64,000 nt of DNA from Thermodesulfovibrionia bacterium (GCA_030646035.1 JAUSMY010000056.1:5481-69480), one strand, 5' to 3'; positions 17,834 to 28,261 are shown, numbered from the stretch's first letter. Notes: generated from the sequence alone by a model not told the origin. Made by a program: numbers and translations.

Positions 17834-18247
17834 ATGGCATATTGCAATGAAGATGACATAAAGAAACGTATTCCCGAACAGGTAATTATTGAGCTTACTG
17901 ATGACAACTCCGCCGATGAAATTGATCCAGTAAAGGTCTTAGATGCCATAGCGTCGGCTGAAGGAGAAATCAATGGTTATCTGAGGTCCAGATACACACT
18001 CCCGCTCTTGTCGATACCGGACCTTATAAGAAAGCTGTCAGTTGATATCGCTATCTACTATCTTTATGCTCGCAAGGTCGAGGAGATACCTGACACCCGG
18101 AGGACGATGTATAAGGACGCTATTAATACATTACAGTCCATTGCAGCCGGAAGAGTAGTGCTTGATATTGTCGAAGAAGATGATGTGCCTGATCCGGACT
18201 TTACATCAGGGGTCGTTAAATCAACCCACTTTGGTAAATTATGCTGA
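17834..18247 (+). CDS. Mu gp36-like head-tail adaptor (DUF1320)
   Basis: MAYC...IELTDD...AEGEINGYL.SRY.LPL...DIAIYYLY...YKDAI..L..IA.G. Confidence 0.85.
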   Translation: MAYCNEDDIKKRIPEQVIIELTDDNSADEIDPVKVLDAIASAEGEINGYLRSRYTLPLLSIPDLIRKLSVDIAIYYLYARKVEEIPDTRRTMYKDAINTLQSIAAGRVVLDIVEEDDVPDPDFTSGVVKSTHFGKLC

Positions 18248-18750
18248 TTTTAAAATTTGTCATAGATGACAAAAATCTTAACCATAAGCTGGACAGGATG
18301 AAGATGGGTATTCCTGCGGCTATTCAGTCAGGCATTGAGAAAGCCACTAAGAAAATTCATAGAGAAGCGCATAAAAATCTATCAGGCGCAGGAGCAAAGT
18401 CAAGGATCACAGGGAAGGCTGTCAAGGAAAATGGCAAATGGAAGATAAAAGGGCGCAAGAACATTCCGCAATCAATCCCGGGCGGTGGATGGCCTGTGCC
18501 GGTCAGAACAGGATGGCTAAGACAGATGCTTTATTTTCTTCTACCTGGAGAGACTTCTGGCAATGGAGGCCTGACAGTTACAGCCGGGCACTTTGAAGGG
18601 GTTGTTTATAACGCGGCAGAGTACGCAGATGTCATACATGAGGGAAGAGGATCGTCAAGAAAGTTTGGTAAGCGGCCGTTTATAACGCAGGCCGCGAATT
18701 TAAACCTCGGAAGCTTCATCGAATCTGAGATTGACAAGGTAACTGACTAA
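18241..18750 (+). CDS. Neck/tail completion protein (HK97 gp10 or virion morphogenesis-like)
   Basis: PVRTG.LR.., YA..IHEG, KRPFI motifs; position. Confidence 0.65.
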   Translation: MLILKFVIDDKNLNHKLDRMKMGIPAAIQSGIEKATKKIHREAHKNLSGAGAKSRITGKAVKENGKWKIKGRKNIPQSIPGGGWPVPVRTGWLRQMLYFLLPGETSGNGGLTVTAGHFEGVVYNAAEYADVIHEGRGSSRKFGKRPFITQAANLNLGSFIESEIDKVTD

Positions 18751-19187
18751 TGTCGATAGATTTTGTTCAGGTTGAAGACAAGGTAATCGCTGAGCTTAAG
18801 GCAAATATGAAATACCTTAAAAATGTCGAGTCATATGCCGGCCAGCTCGCATCTGAGATAGATAAACTTGTGGGGAACTTCCCAGCTGTTTATGTGGCTT
18901 ACGGCGGGTCAAAACTCGAATGGGTTGACGGGACTGTTTATAACGATCTTCCTGACTTCGATATTATCGTCGTTTCCAAAAACTTCAAGGGCGGTGAGGC
19001 CCGGCGGAAGGATACTAACGGCTGTTACGACATGATCAAAGACGTCCTGAAATATTTGACCAATCAGGACTTCGGGATGGATATCGAGAAGCTGAAGCCG
19101 GTTGATGTGACACTTTTATTAAGCACACACCTGGCGACAGCTTATAACATAAAATTTCAGACCAATTTCGATATTGTCTATGAATAA
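18750..19187 (+). CDS. Mu gp37-like tail terminator (DUF1834)
   Basis: VEDKVIAELK...VESYAGQL...FPAVYVAY.G...GCYDMI..V...L..Q.FG. Confidence 0.72.
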   Translation: MSIDFVQVEDKVIAELKANMKYLKNVESYAGQLASEIDKLVGNFPAVYVAYGGSKLEWVDGTVYNDLPDFDIIVVSKNFKGGEARRKDTNGCYDMIKDVLKYLTNQDFGMDIEKLKPVDVTLLLSTHLATAYNIKFQTNFDIVYE

Positions 19188-19226
19188 ATCATAGAAGAGA
19201 TATTCACATATTAACGGAGGAGCGAT

Positions 19227-19529
19227 ATGCCATTACCTCATATATCAACAAGTAAAAGGAAGACAGGAGTTTTAGAGTATTTCACAACTGATGACCCTAA
19301 TATATTTGTTCGCCAGGCAACAGTTGAAGACGAAATACATCTTGATAAATTGAATGCGATGATTGAAGAATTGCAATCACTTAACATAGAGGAACTTTCT
19401 ATCCCTGAAGATACCTCTGATGTAGCAATCAAAATTATAGAATCAGAAAACATAGTCATCAGGAATAATCAGGAAAGGGTTTTATCATTGCCTGCACTTT
19501 TCGCAATCAGAGAAGTAATAGAGGGTTAA
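19227..19529 (+). CDS. Hypothetical protein
   Basis: GGAGG SD; TAATG coupling to the next gene. Confidence 0.55.
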   Translation: MPLPHISTSKRKTGVLEYFTTDDPNIFVRQATVEDEIHLDKLNAMIEELQSLNIEELSIPEDTSDVAIKIIESENIVIRNNQERVLSLPALFAIREVIEG

Positions 19530-22500
19530 TGGCAATCACATTTCCATCAACACAGAGAAATATTTTAATTACTGGTTACTCAGCAGTCACTCCATGTACG
19601 ATGGCTGATATTTACAATGCTGACATCGCAGCCGTAAATGGCAGGCAGTTATATACTGGCGCGGCTTCTGGAAGTCCATTCTCTATTTCTCTCGGAACAC
19701 AGACTTTTGGCTTGGTTACAACTCAACCGTGGGTAGCTGATAGTCATGGAGTCCAATTAAAGATAACATGCACAGCAAGGGCAGGAGCTACACTTGCATT
19801 GACTGGAAAGAATAGATCTGGAGAGACAGTTACGGAAACAGGAATTGATATTTCAAGCGGTTCTGCAATCACTATTAAAAAATATTTCACTCTTGATACT
19901 AATGGAATAGTTTTCACAGGATTAAGTAATGGCGATACCATAACTATTAAACAAGACCGTTGGGGAGTGGTTAGTAAAATCCAGCAAACATATCCTTATT
20001 GTGTCAATACAAAATACTGGATGTGCGAAGGCGGAATACAGATTGGTGATTATTCTTCAACGCCTGGGAACTTTGCTTCTACTAATGAACTTTTCTTTTT
20101 CCCCGGGAATCATGGGTTCGCTATTGGCTCAAATCCAGCAGGTAGTTTTGTCATAGGTTCTCTGTCTAATGGGCTTCCATCTGAAGGATCCGTCATTGTT
20201 CATGACTCAAATGGACAAAATTCAAATGCTATAGGCGTAGGTAATGACTCTGGTATAACTGGGAATATTACTATTTATGACACTGCAATAAAACACTTAA
20301 ACAGGTCATTAGCCTATGGCGGATGTTATGTAGGAAATTATGGTGGCACAGTTATCCTAAAGGGAATACATGCTAATGGTTGTGTAGTTCAATCAGGTGC
20401 ATACACCATCGATGATATCTGTATATATAGAAGCTCATCTGGTGGAATAGGCGGAGGCAATGGTTCAGTTATATCCAATGCCAGAGTTCATAACAGCCTT
20501 TCTGGATATTCTATGGCAGGACAAGGATTGTCTGATTTTGTTACGGGAGTAGTTTTAGATGGTACACATAGTACGGAATATCTATTGGCTTATGCAGGCC
20601 AATCTCCAACCACCGCCCGGCTTAATGATTGTGTTCATGGAGACAACAAGATAAAGGCTAATGGGCCAAGTAATATTTACAGGACAACCTATGTAGATAT
20701 TTTAATTAATGATATTTTGGGCAATCCCATTAGTGGAGCAGCTTGTCTCATCAAGGATATGGATGGGAATATCGTATCCTACAATCTGAGTATATCTACA
20801 AATGCGATAACAGTTCTATCATCTGCTATAGACATAGTCGCTTCTACGAGCTGGCTGACTTTTGGCTTTGCAGTCGGAGATGTCATTGTTCAAGATGCAG
20901 AATTTATGCTTATCACAGCTATTGGCGGCACAGGCAATAAAACTGCAACTGTAACAAGAGGATACTATCCAAAATATCCAGCTGTGTATCATTATTCAAG
21001 AATTATTTATAAAGCCGGTTCAGCACTTTCAAATGCCAGTGGATTTGTCCCTCAACAAATCATTCCATTGAAGAGATATTTACAGCAGCAAGGTGGAATA
21101 GAAGGTGCAGGACTTGCTACCACTTATAAAGACCACACAATAATAATCAGCAAACAGGGATATTCGACTTATCAAGATGTAATCACTTTTGCCGAGAATG
21201 ATTTAACAGGACAGGATTTAGAGATATCACTTTCTGTTTATCCAAATATAAATTTCTATACACAGTCAAATCAAAACAGGATAGGTGGGAATATCATGGA
21301 TATAAAAAAGAACGAGGCTGACGCAACCAAAAGAAGAGTTCCTATAGTCTGTGTTGATGCCGCTGACTTTGCAACTCCAGAACCAGGCGAGGCTGGAGGT
21401 CAAGCACAGAAGAGTATTAATAAAGGAGTATGGACAAATACGGCTGGAACATTAGTTCTTGTTGATGCAGCAAGTGGAAGTTATTATGTCGAATATACTC
21501 AAGCAGAAGTAAATGGCAATGACCTTGATACAATTGATACCCGATATAAGTCTGCCAATACAGCTTATACTTACGGCCCCACCGTTCAAATAAAAGCAAA
21601 GGGATTAAGTGATGTAGTTGCTGATATCGCCGCAGTATCTGGACAGGTATTGAATGTAGAAGACAAGGTTGATCTTATTGATAATATTGTCGATTCTGTA
21701 AAGACCGAGACTGATAAGATCGCCGGAGTCAAAGCAAAGACAGATAATATCCCAGTATCACCAGCAACAGAGGGGAATGTTTCTGCAGTAGGTGAAACTG
21801 TTGTTGCGGTAGGTAATGCAGTTGTAACAATTGACGGCATAGTTGATGCCATTAAAGCCAAGACCGATAATCTGCCTGATGATCCCGCAAGCGATACGAA
21901 TGTTAATGCCAATGAGGCCAAGATCGATACGGCCATTACAAATATAGCAATCCTCGACGGCAAGGTAGTTGTAGTTGACGGGATCGTGGATACGATTGTT
22001 ACCGAGACAAATAAGATAGCAGCTATTAAGACTGAGACTGACAAGATCGCTGGGGTGCAGGCTGATATAGCGACACTCGATGATAAGGTTGTCACCGTGG
22101 ACGGCGAAGTGGGAACGATAGATGCACTTGTTGATGCCATAAAGGCTAAGACCGATAACCTGCCGACTGACCCTGCAAGTGATACGAACGTTAATGCCAA
22201 TGAGGCCAAGATCGATACGGCCATTACAAATTTAGCAACGCTCGACGGCAAGGTAGTTATAGTTGACGGCATCGTTGATGCAATTAAGACTGAGACTGAT
22301 AAGATCGCTGGAGTGAAGACTGATATAGCGACTCTCGATGACAAGGTTGTCACAGTGGACAGCAAGGTGGGAACGATAGATGCGCTTGTTGATGCCATAA
22401 AGGCAAAGACCGATAACCTGCCAGTTGATCCCGCAAGCGATACGAATGTTAATGCCAATGAGGTCAAGATCGATACGGCCATTACAAACATAGCAACCCT

Positions 22501-23176
22501 CGACGACAAGGTAGTCGTTGTTGACGGCATCGTGGATGAGATTGTTACCGAGACAAATAAGATAGCAGCTATTAAGACCGAGACTGATAAGATCGCTGGA
22601 GTGAAGACTGATATAGCGACTCTTGATGACAAGGTTGGCACAATGGACAGTAAGGTTGAAACGATAGATGCGCTTGTTGATGCCATAAAAGCCAAGACTG
22701 ATAATCTGCCCGCTGATCCTGCAAGTGATACGAACGTCAATGCCAACGAGACGAAAATTGATGCAATCGCATCAGCTATATCTACCCTCGACGGGAAAGT
22801 TGTTACCCTTGTCAGCGGTGTGGCAAACAATTCCAGGACAGTAGTGGATAGTAAACCACAGGAGATTACACGGGGCGATGAAGTCCTGTTTACTATTTAT
22901 CTTAGTACATCGTGGAATTTGACAGGGAAAAAGGTGCACTTCATGGCGAAGGCTGACAAAGATGCTGCTGATTCTACCGCCATATTTAATGTGGTTTGTA
23001 CTGTCGGAGCTGCGTCCGGCGGGCTGATTCCTTGCACCTACACGCTTACTCCGGCACAGACTGCGATAAAAGGGAAATATTATGCCGAGGCTGAGGTGCG
23101 GAATACGGACGGATCATCACCTCAGACCGCGAAAGAGTTCCCGCTCATAATAAGAAATGACGTCAGAAAAGGATAA
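19529..23176 (+). CDS. 1215-aa putative virion fibre/appendage: Gly/Asn/Ser-rich beta-type N-half, long repeat stalk, BppU-like Ig C-terminal domain
   Basis: Repeats DAIKAKTDNLP.DPASDTNVNANE.KID; C-terminal EITRGD...NLTGKKV.FMAK...LTPAQT...G.YYAE.EV. Confidence 0.6.
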   Translation: MAITFPSTQRNILITGYSAVTPCTMADIYNADIAAVNGRQLYTGAASGSPFSISLGTQTFGLVTTQPWVADSHGVQLKITCTARAGATLALTGKNRSGETVTETGIDISSGSAITIKKYFTLDTNGIVFTGLSNGDTITIKQDRWGVVSKIQQTYPYCVNTKYWMCEGGIQIGDYSSTPGNFASTNELFFFPGNHGFAIGSNPAGSFVIGSLSNGLPSEGSVIVHDSNGQNSNAIGVGNDSGITGNITIYDTAIKHLNRSLAYGGCYVGNYGGTVILKGIHANGCVVQSGAYTIDDICIYRSSSGGIGGGNGSVISNARVHNSLSGYSMAGQGLSDFVTGVVLDGTHSTEYLLAYAGQSPTTARLNDCVHGDNKIKANGPSNIYRTTYVDILINDILGNPISGAACLIKDMDGNIVSYNLSISTNAITVLSSAIDIVASTSWLTFGFAVGDVIVQDAEFMLITAIGGTGNKTATVTRGYYPKYPAVYHYSRIIYKAGSALSNASGFVPQQIIPLKRYLQQQGGIEGAGLATTYKDHTIIISKQGYSTYQDVITFAENDLTGQDLEISLSVYPNINFYTQSNQNRIGGNIMDIKKNEADATKRRVPIVCVDAADFATPEPGEAGGQAQKSINKGVWTNTAGTLVLVDAASGSYYVEYTQAEVNGNDLDTIDTRYKSANTAYTYGPTVQIKAKGLSDVVADIAAVSGQVLNVEDKVDLIDNIVDSVKTETDKIAGVKAKTDNIPVSPATEGNVSAVGETVVAVGNAVVTIDGIVDAIKAKTDNLPDDPASDTNVNANEAKIDTAITNIAILDGKVVVVDGIVDTIVTETNKIAAIKTETDKIAGVQADIATLDDKVVTVDGEVGTIDALVDAIKAKTDNLPTDPASDTNVNANEAKIDTAITNLATLDGKVVIVDGIVDAIKTETDKIAGVKTDIATLDDKVVTVDSKVGTIDALVDAIKAKTDNLPVDPASDTNVNANEVKIDTAITNIATLDDKVVVVDGIVDEIVTETNKIAAIKTETDKIAGVKTDIATLDDKVGTMDSKVETIDALVDAIKAKTDNLPADPASDTNVNANETKIDAIASAISTLDGKVVTLVSGVANNSRTVVDSKPQEITRGDEVLFTIYLSTSWNLTGKKVHFMAKADKDAADSTAIFNVVCTVGAASGGLIPCTYTLTPAQTAIKGKYYAEAEVRNTDGSSPQTAKEFPLIIRNDVRKG
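21845..22765 (+). repeat. Intragenic tandem repeat with unit starts at 21845, 22133, 22391 and 22679 (periods 288, 258, 288 nt)
   Basis: gatgccat.aa.gc.aagac.gataa.ctgcc...gcaag.gatacgaa.gt.aatgccaa.gag recurs four times; long units carry an extra 10-aa VTETNKIAAI. Confidence 0.9.
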
Positions 23177-23187
23177 GGGAGGAGATT

Positions 23188-23367
23188 ATGATCAACGTAA
23201 CAGTCACAGACGCAGCGGATGGGACGATACACTCGAAGTATGGCCTGCTTAAAAAAGGCTCAGAGATCGAGATTGATGAAGCTGACTTTGGAGAGGAGAT
23301 ATTCAAAAAGAAGACAGTCGTCAACGAGAAACTCAAAACTGATAACTTGAAAGGGAAGGAGGAGTAG
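23188..23367 (+). CDS. 59-aa hypothetical protein preceding the tail tube gene (not in ORF track)
   Basis: GGAGGAG SD; MINVTVTDAADGTIHSKYGLLKKGSEIEIDEADFGEEIFKKK...; fills the gap exactly. Confidence 0.6.
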   Translation: MINVTVTDAADGTIHSKYGLLKKGSEIEIDEADFGEEIFKKKTVVNEKLKTDNLKGKEE

Positions 23368-23370
23368 GTC

Positions 23371-24405
23371 ATGCCAAGTGTAAGCGGAAGAGAAGTTAGG
23401 GTAGCTTTAAAAAAAGCTGCGGTATGGGGTACTGCAGTAGCCTGTGGCGCCGGGGACGGGATACTGTGCCTGGCGGACAGCATGAAGAAGAAAATCAATA
23501 GCGAAGTCGACAACTCTCTGGGGTTAGCCTTTGCAGAGGATCGTGATCAGGGGAATATCGTTGTTGAGGGCGGATTGCCCGCATACTTGCGGTATGACTC
23601 GCACGACAGGCCCATAGCCCTTGCAATGGGGAGCACTCAGGCCCCGACACAGCAGGGCGCCACGGCAGCATACGTAAACAGTATTCTACTGGCTGACAAC
23701 ATTGACGGCCTCTTTGCGTCGCTGGCAATTAACAAGATCATCAATGTTGATGAATTTCCCTCTGACAAAATAGTGGGCTTCACTATTAAGGGCGTTTCCG
23801 GGCAGGTGGTGATGATCGAGTACATTAAAATCTGTAATGATAAGGTTGTGGCATCAATCGTAAACAACTTAACATCCTTTGCCAATGTTACATATCTGGA
23901 GAAGACAAACCGGGTACTCTTTGGCCAGGGCGTCTTCAGGATCAATGCTCAGGCCGGCGGAGCGCTTGCAGATGGAGATATAGTAACTCCGTCTGCGTTT
24001 GAGTTTACATTCAAACGTAACCTGAAAGGCGAGTATGTGGCAGGCTCTGCGAATAAGATAGATGAGCCGACAAATGAGGGAGTCCCGGAGATCAAGCTGA
24101 AGCTTACCTTCGCGAGATACACAGCCACAACCTATATCGCAGATCTCTTTGCGGATGTGAAGAAAAAGATGGATATCACCTTCACTGGCGCTGTGATCGA
24201 AGGTGCTTATAGCAGGCAGTTCAAGCTCCAGTTCCCGAACCTTGCATATTCTGATGCTGATGCGCCTACAAAAGAAGCCAAGCTTGATAACGTCGTTGAG
24301 TTTGACTGCCTGGCAACAACTGCTGCGCCTACAGGCATGGCCGGGATACTAAAACCGTTCCAGGTGAATCTGATCAACAAGAGGACAACGAGTCCGTTAG
24401 CGTAA
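23371..24405 (+). CDS. Major tail tube protein
   Basis: Beta-rich 344 aa, starts SGREVRVALKK...WGTAV; directly precedes frameshifted chaperones and tape measure. Confidence 0.75.
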   Translation: MPSVSGREVRVALKKAAVWGTAVACGAGDGILCLADSMKKKINSEVDNSLGLAFAEDRDQGNIVVEGGLPAYLRYDSHDRPIALAMGSTQAPTQQGATAAYVNSILLADNIDGLFASLAINKIINVDEFPSDKIVGFTIKGVSGQVVMIEYIKICNDKVVASIVNNLTSFANVTYLEKTNRVLFGQGVFRINAQAGGALADGDIVTPSAFEFTFKRNLKGEYVAGSANKIDEPTNEGVPEIKLKLTFARYTATTYIADLFADVKKKMDITFTGAVIEGAYSRQFKLQFPNLAYSDADAPTKEAKLDNVVEFDCLATTAAPTGMAGILKPFQVNLINKRTTSPLA

Positions 24406-24428
24406 AAAAAAACAGGAGGCAATAGATA

Positions 24429-24809
24429 ATGGCAAAAATCAATTTAACAGACGGTGATAAAAACAAATGGTTTCAGTATGACATTGACACTGAGGTGTGT
24501 TTAAGGTTGATGTCAAAGGCAGAATTGAGGGCTATAAATAAGCAGGCCAAGAAGAATTCTGGTCTTACAAGTGCGGATCAGGATGAAATAGCAGATAAAA
24601 AGCTTGGCAGAGAGGCAGTGATTGGCTGGCGCAAGATGGCAGATCATAATCATCCGGGATTTATTTTAAATGGTGAGCCTCTGTCGTTCACACCTATAAA
24701 CATTGATCTGTTGATGACAAAGAGTTTTAAGTTTTCTAAGTTTGTTAATGAGATGTGTGTTAGTGAAGATGAGTTTATCGAGGAGCCGATAAACCCAAAA
24801 AACGACTAA
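24429..24809 (+). CDS. Tail assembly chaperone (gpG analogue)
   Basis: Position; AVIGW...NGEPL.FTP.N; ends in slippery CCA AAA AAC GAC TAA. Confidence 0.75.
   Translation: MAKINLTDGDKNKWFQYDIDTEVCLRLMSKAELRAINKQAKKNSGLTSADQDEIADKKLGREAVIGWRKMADHNHPGFILNGEPLSFTPINIDLLMTKSFKFSKFVNEMCVSEDEFIEEPINPKND
24797..24803 (+). other. Programmed -1 ribosomal frameshift site A AAA AAC
   Basis: X XXY YYZ heptamer in the correct frame; the -1 frame reads KRLIAYIRAKADFPGVSCEIC... without a stop into ORF 24845-25147; GAAAG-CGGA-CTTTC hairpin follows. Confidence 0.82.
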
Positions 24810-24844
24810 TAGCTTACATCCGGGCGAAAGCGGACTTTCCGGGC

Positions 24845-25147
24845 GTGAGCTGTGAGATTTGTAAAGGGATATTACAGATAGATGAAGTCGAACCGCCGTG
24901 CTTTTGTGAGGTAGAAGAAGGTGAAATAGTTCCCGGTGTCAACGCCTGCTGGATACCGGAGCTTGACGAAAAGAGTAAAAGGATACTTGTGATCAGGCAA
25001 AAGATTACAGCACTTAAAGAACTTGTAGACTCGGGAACGATACTAAGGTTGTATGAGGCTGATTTAGAGGATATAGAGCTGTTGGCGTATCTGGAAGATG
25101 AACTGAGGCAGATGCAGGACGAAGCACCTAAACCAAAAGAGGGCTAA
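24845..25147 (+). CDS. Tail chaperone frameshift extension (gpT analogue), likely made as a G-T fusion
   Basis: No SD before the GTG; in the -1 frame of the upstream gene; CEIC...PPC...CW.PEL. Confidence 0.72.
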   Translation: MSCEICKGILQIDEVEPPCFCEVEEGEIVPGVNACWIPELDEKSKRILVIRQKITALKELVDSGTILRLYEADLEDIELLAYLEDELRQMQDEAPKPKEG

Positions 25148-25148
25148 G

Positions 25149-27521
25149 ATGGCTGAAGTAAAAATATCTATAACCGCGGAAGACGGCACAAAGCAAGTCT
25201 TTAGCGCAGTCAGAGAAGGCGCAAAGACTGCATTTGATAGCGTCGAAAACTCCGCTGTTACCTCTACCGGTAAAATGAGTTCAGCATTTGATAGTTTAAA
25301 GTCGCATTGGCTTGAGGTTACGGCAGGTATTTACGCCGCATGGGAAACTGTATCAAAAGCAATTGAACTCATAAAACTCGGAGCCGGAGCCATGCAGTCT
25401 GAAGAATCATTCAAAAATGTCACCAAGGCTTATGGCGAGGACGCTGATGCGTTACTTGCCAAGATGGAAGAAGTTTCTATAGGAGCAATAGATAGCAGCG
25501 ATCTTATGCAACGTGTTGTAAAAGGTATGCAGCAGGGGTTGTCAAGCGACCAGATAGTTAAGCTGCTTGAAGTCTCCCGTTCCGCAGCCAGGGTGGCTGG
25601 GACAGATATTGCATCTGCGTTTGATGGAATTACAAATGCGGTTGCCAACCAGACCATGAGAGGATTGAAGCTGTATGGCATTATGGTCGATCAAAACAAG
25701 GCATTTGAAGATTATGCCGTTGTATTGCATAAATCAAAAGATGCGCTTACAGAACAAGAACAATCTCAGGCACTTGCAAACGCGGCAATCGCAGAAGGCG
25801 GGCGGCAAGCAAAGAATATGGGCGATATGACAATAAATGCTTCCGAGCAGATACAGATAGCAGAAGCGAAAATACACGAGCTAAAAGAGACTATTGGAAC
25901 GGAGCTGATAGAAGCGCTCGGAAAAGCTATTGAGCACACCGACTCTCTTACCGCCGCCTTGACCGTAGGTGCAATAGTTGCCGCAGTTCCGATGTTAGGT
26001 AAGATAGTAACAGCATTGAAGGCGGTAGAAATTGGAGCATTAAGCGCATCCCTGGCAGCGCGGGGTATCGGCGCAGGGATTGCTGCTGGAGTTGGCTATG
26101 AAGTGGGTAAATGGTTAGATGCAGATCTATATAAACGCCTCGGCATAGACCTCTCCGGTATGAACAGGCCGACTCAAGAGCTTACGGATGCGACCGAAGG
26201 GCTTGCCTGGGCACAAGAGGAACTGGCAAAGCGGCAAAAGAAGGTTTCAGCTGGGTTTAGTGAAAACAAAGATGCTATCAAAGCCGTAAAAGACGCAGCT
26301 GAAAAATACGCCGATGTGGTTAAAGATGTCAACGCCGACCTTCTTAAATTCGCAGGAGATGACTTCAAGAAGAACCTCAAGGATCAGGAGAAATCCACAG
26401 GCGGAATGGCTCAGGCGCTGCAAGGATATCTGAATGTGACAGATGCCGTCTATAACAAGCGGCTGCAGATGCTCTTTGTCCTTGGTCAGGAAACTGATGT
26501 GGAGTTACAAGGCACAGCGGTGCAAAAGGCTCAGGCAGAGGCACGGCTTGGAGCTTGGAGTCAGTATTATGAAACATTAAAGGGGCTGCATAACGCCGCA
26601 ATCGAGGCGCAGAAGACGAAGACTAAAGAACTTCTTGATCTTGAAACCCGCATTAAGGATCAGCGACAGGGATATGCAGATCTGACGCTTTCATTAAACC
26701 AGAAGTTGATGACCGAGACGCAGAAATACTACTCCACACAGGAGGATCTTGAGCTGAAGTATAAGTCAGCTCTGACTCTTACAGGGCAGGCAAAAATAGA
26801 CGCGCTGACAAAGTATCAGACAGCGATGGCGGCGACAGCCAACGCTGTAACGCAGGATGGACAGGAGAGAATATCTCTTGAGGAAGCAGTGGCAACTGCG
26901 CTGGAGAAAAATGCAACGGCTCAGGCAGAGATTTTAATGGCACAGGATGCTCTTAAGCTGGCGAAACAGGCAGAGATAGACCAGATTGGCGTGTGGAAGA
27001 CATCGCTTGAGACGGCAATGGCAAAGGCTACTGAGATGATGGAGTTGTATACAACTCAGATCACTGACTTGGGCACGATCATAGACGGCTTACAGATGAA
27101 TAAGACGCTGACGGTGGACACTGCCGGGGCAGTAATGCAGGTCAATAGCCTCAAGGGCGCGATTGCTTCGATACCTGATATCACATATAAACAAATAATT
27201 ATCACAACTGCCGGAGGAGCCTCTTCCGGCGACGGTTTCCAAAGCGATAGCTCAATGTCCGGGTTTCACCCGCAGCCTTTAGCCACAGGAACTCCGTATG
27301 TTAAAAAAGAAGGTCTGTTTTATCTCCATGTTGGCGAGGCGGTGACTCCTGCCAGTATGAATAATAATAACTCAAGAAAAACGACTATCAACTTCTCAGG
27401 CATGAATATCAATATAAACGGAGCCAACAAAGACGGCAAGCAGCTCGCGCGGGAGATTGATGAAGAGATGGCGGATATGGTTAAAAACGAGAGATCACGG
27501 CTGGCGAAGGCGCTTAAATAA
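25149..27521 (+). CDS. Tape measure protein
   Basis: MAEVKISITAED start, Ala-rich helical sequence, LATGTPYV...G.FYLH.GEAVTPA C-terminal motif. Confidence 0.88.
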   Translation: MAEVKISITAEDGTKQVFSAVREGAKTAFDSVENSAVTSTGKMSSAFDSLKSHWLEVTAGIYAAWETVSKAIELIKLGAGAMQSEESFKNVTKAYGEDADALLAKMEEVSIGAIDSSDLMQRVVKGMQQGLSSDQIVKLLEVSRSAARVAGTDIASAFDGITNAVANQTMRGLKLYGIMVDQNKAFEDYAVVLHKSKDALTEQEQSQALANAAIAEGGRQAKNMGDMTINASEQIQIAEAKIHELKETIGTELIEALGKAIEHTDSLTAALTVGAIVAAVPMLGKIVTALKAVEIGALSASLAARGIGAGIAAGVGYEVGKWLDADLYKRLGIDLSGMNRPTQELTDATEGLAWAQEELAKRQKKVSAGFSENKDAIKAVKDAAEKYADVVKDVNADLLKFAGDDFKKNLKDQEKSTGGMAQALQGYLNVTDAVYNKRLQMLFVLGQETDVELQGTAVQKAQAEARLGAWSQYYETLKGLHNAAIEAQKTKTKELLDLETRIKDQRQGYADLTLSLNQKLMTETQKYYSTQEDLELKYKSALTLTGQAKIDALTKYQTAMAATANAVTQDGQERISLEEAVATALEKNATAQAEILMAQDALKLAKQAEIDQIGVWKTSLETAMAKATEMMELYTTQITDLGTIIDGLQMNKTLTVDTAGAVMQVNSLKGAIASIPDITYKQIIITTAGGASSGDGFQSDSSMSGFHPQPLATGTPYVKKEGLFYLHVGEAVTPASMNNNNSRKTTINFSGMNININGANKDGKQLAREIDEEMADMVKNERSRLAKALK

Positions 27522-28261
27522 TGGCAAAGGTCAAGGCGTGTTACATAAATATCCTTGAGACCAGCACTGTCACCCTCACATTAGGGACTGAAGATGTCGC
27601 GTTTCCTCTATACCGTCTCTATGACAGGGAGTGTTCTGACCTATTTAAGATCACCGCCGCTGCCACGTTTCAAATTAAGGTCAATCAGGGGGCTATTAAG
27701 GCGATCGACAGGCTCTTAATCCCTGCAGGGCATAACCTTTCAGGTTTGACGCTGACATTCTCATATTCAGACTATGATGCGGATGATTATAGTCAGGTGG
27801 AGCAATGGACTCAGAGCGGCAATGCCCTGATTGATATTCCACTTGATAGCTCGATGACTCATAAGTATTGGAAGCTTACTGTCGCATCCCCGTCAGCCAT
27901 TCCGCAGATACCTGAACTGTTCTTGACCTCAACTTATGAGTTCGAGCGCAATCCTTCCCGGCCATGCGATAAGGACAAGCGGTTTAACGTCGAAAGGCTT
28001 CAGGAGGCAGGCGGACAGCCGCGATATATTAAACACGGCGAGCCGAGGGCATATCGCCTCTATGCCTTACCGCGCATGACCGCAGCACAATCAACCAACA
28101 TACAGGTGCTCAATGACGCATGGGACGGCTGCAAGCCCTTCTTTCTCTGTGATCACAATGGCGTCTGGTTGTTTGGCGAATTACTATCCCCGATAGGACT
28201 GGCTGAAGAAAGCTCAGACAAAGATTCATGCACTCTTGAATTTCAAGAAATACCGGCATAA
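27521..28261 (+). CDS. Distal tail-like protein
   Basis: Immediately after tape measure, TAATG coupled; ends LEFQE. Confidence 0.55.
   Translation: MAKVKACYINILETSTVTLTLGTEDVAFPLYRLYDRECSDLFKITAAATFQIKVNQGAIKAIDRLLIPAGHNLSGLTLTFSYSDYDADDYSQVEQWTQSGNALIDIPLDSSMTHKYWKLTVASPSAIPQIPELFLTSTYEFERNPSRPCDKDKRFNVERLQEAGGQPRYIKHGEPRAYRLYALPRMTAAQSTNIQVLNDAWDGCKPFFLCDHNGVWLFGELLSPIGLAEESSDKDSCTLEFQEIPA

Noticed and set aside
21845-22765. Repeat array considered as CRISPR or DGR template/variable repeats
   Set aside because: Units are in-frame coding repeats with mostly synonymous differences; no unique spacers, adenine-specific variation, cas genes or reverse transcriptase.
21586-22830. 414-aa minus-strand ORF with repeats
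   Set aside because: Antisense shadow of the repetitive fibre gene; no independent motif or start signal.
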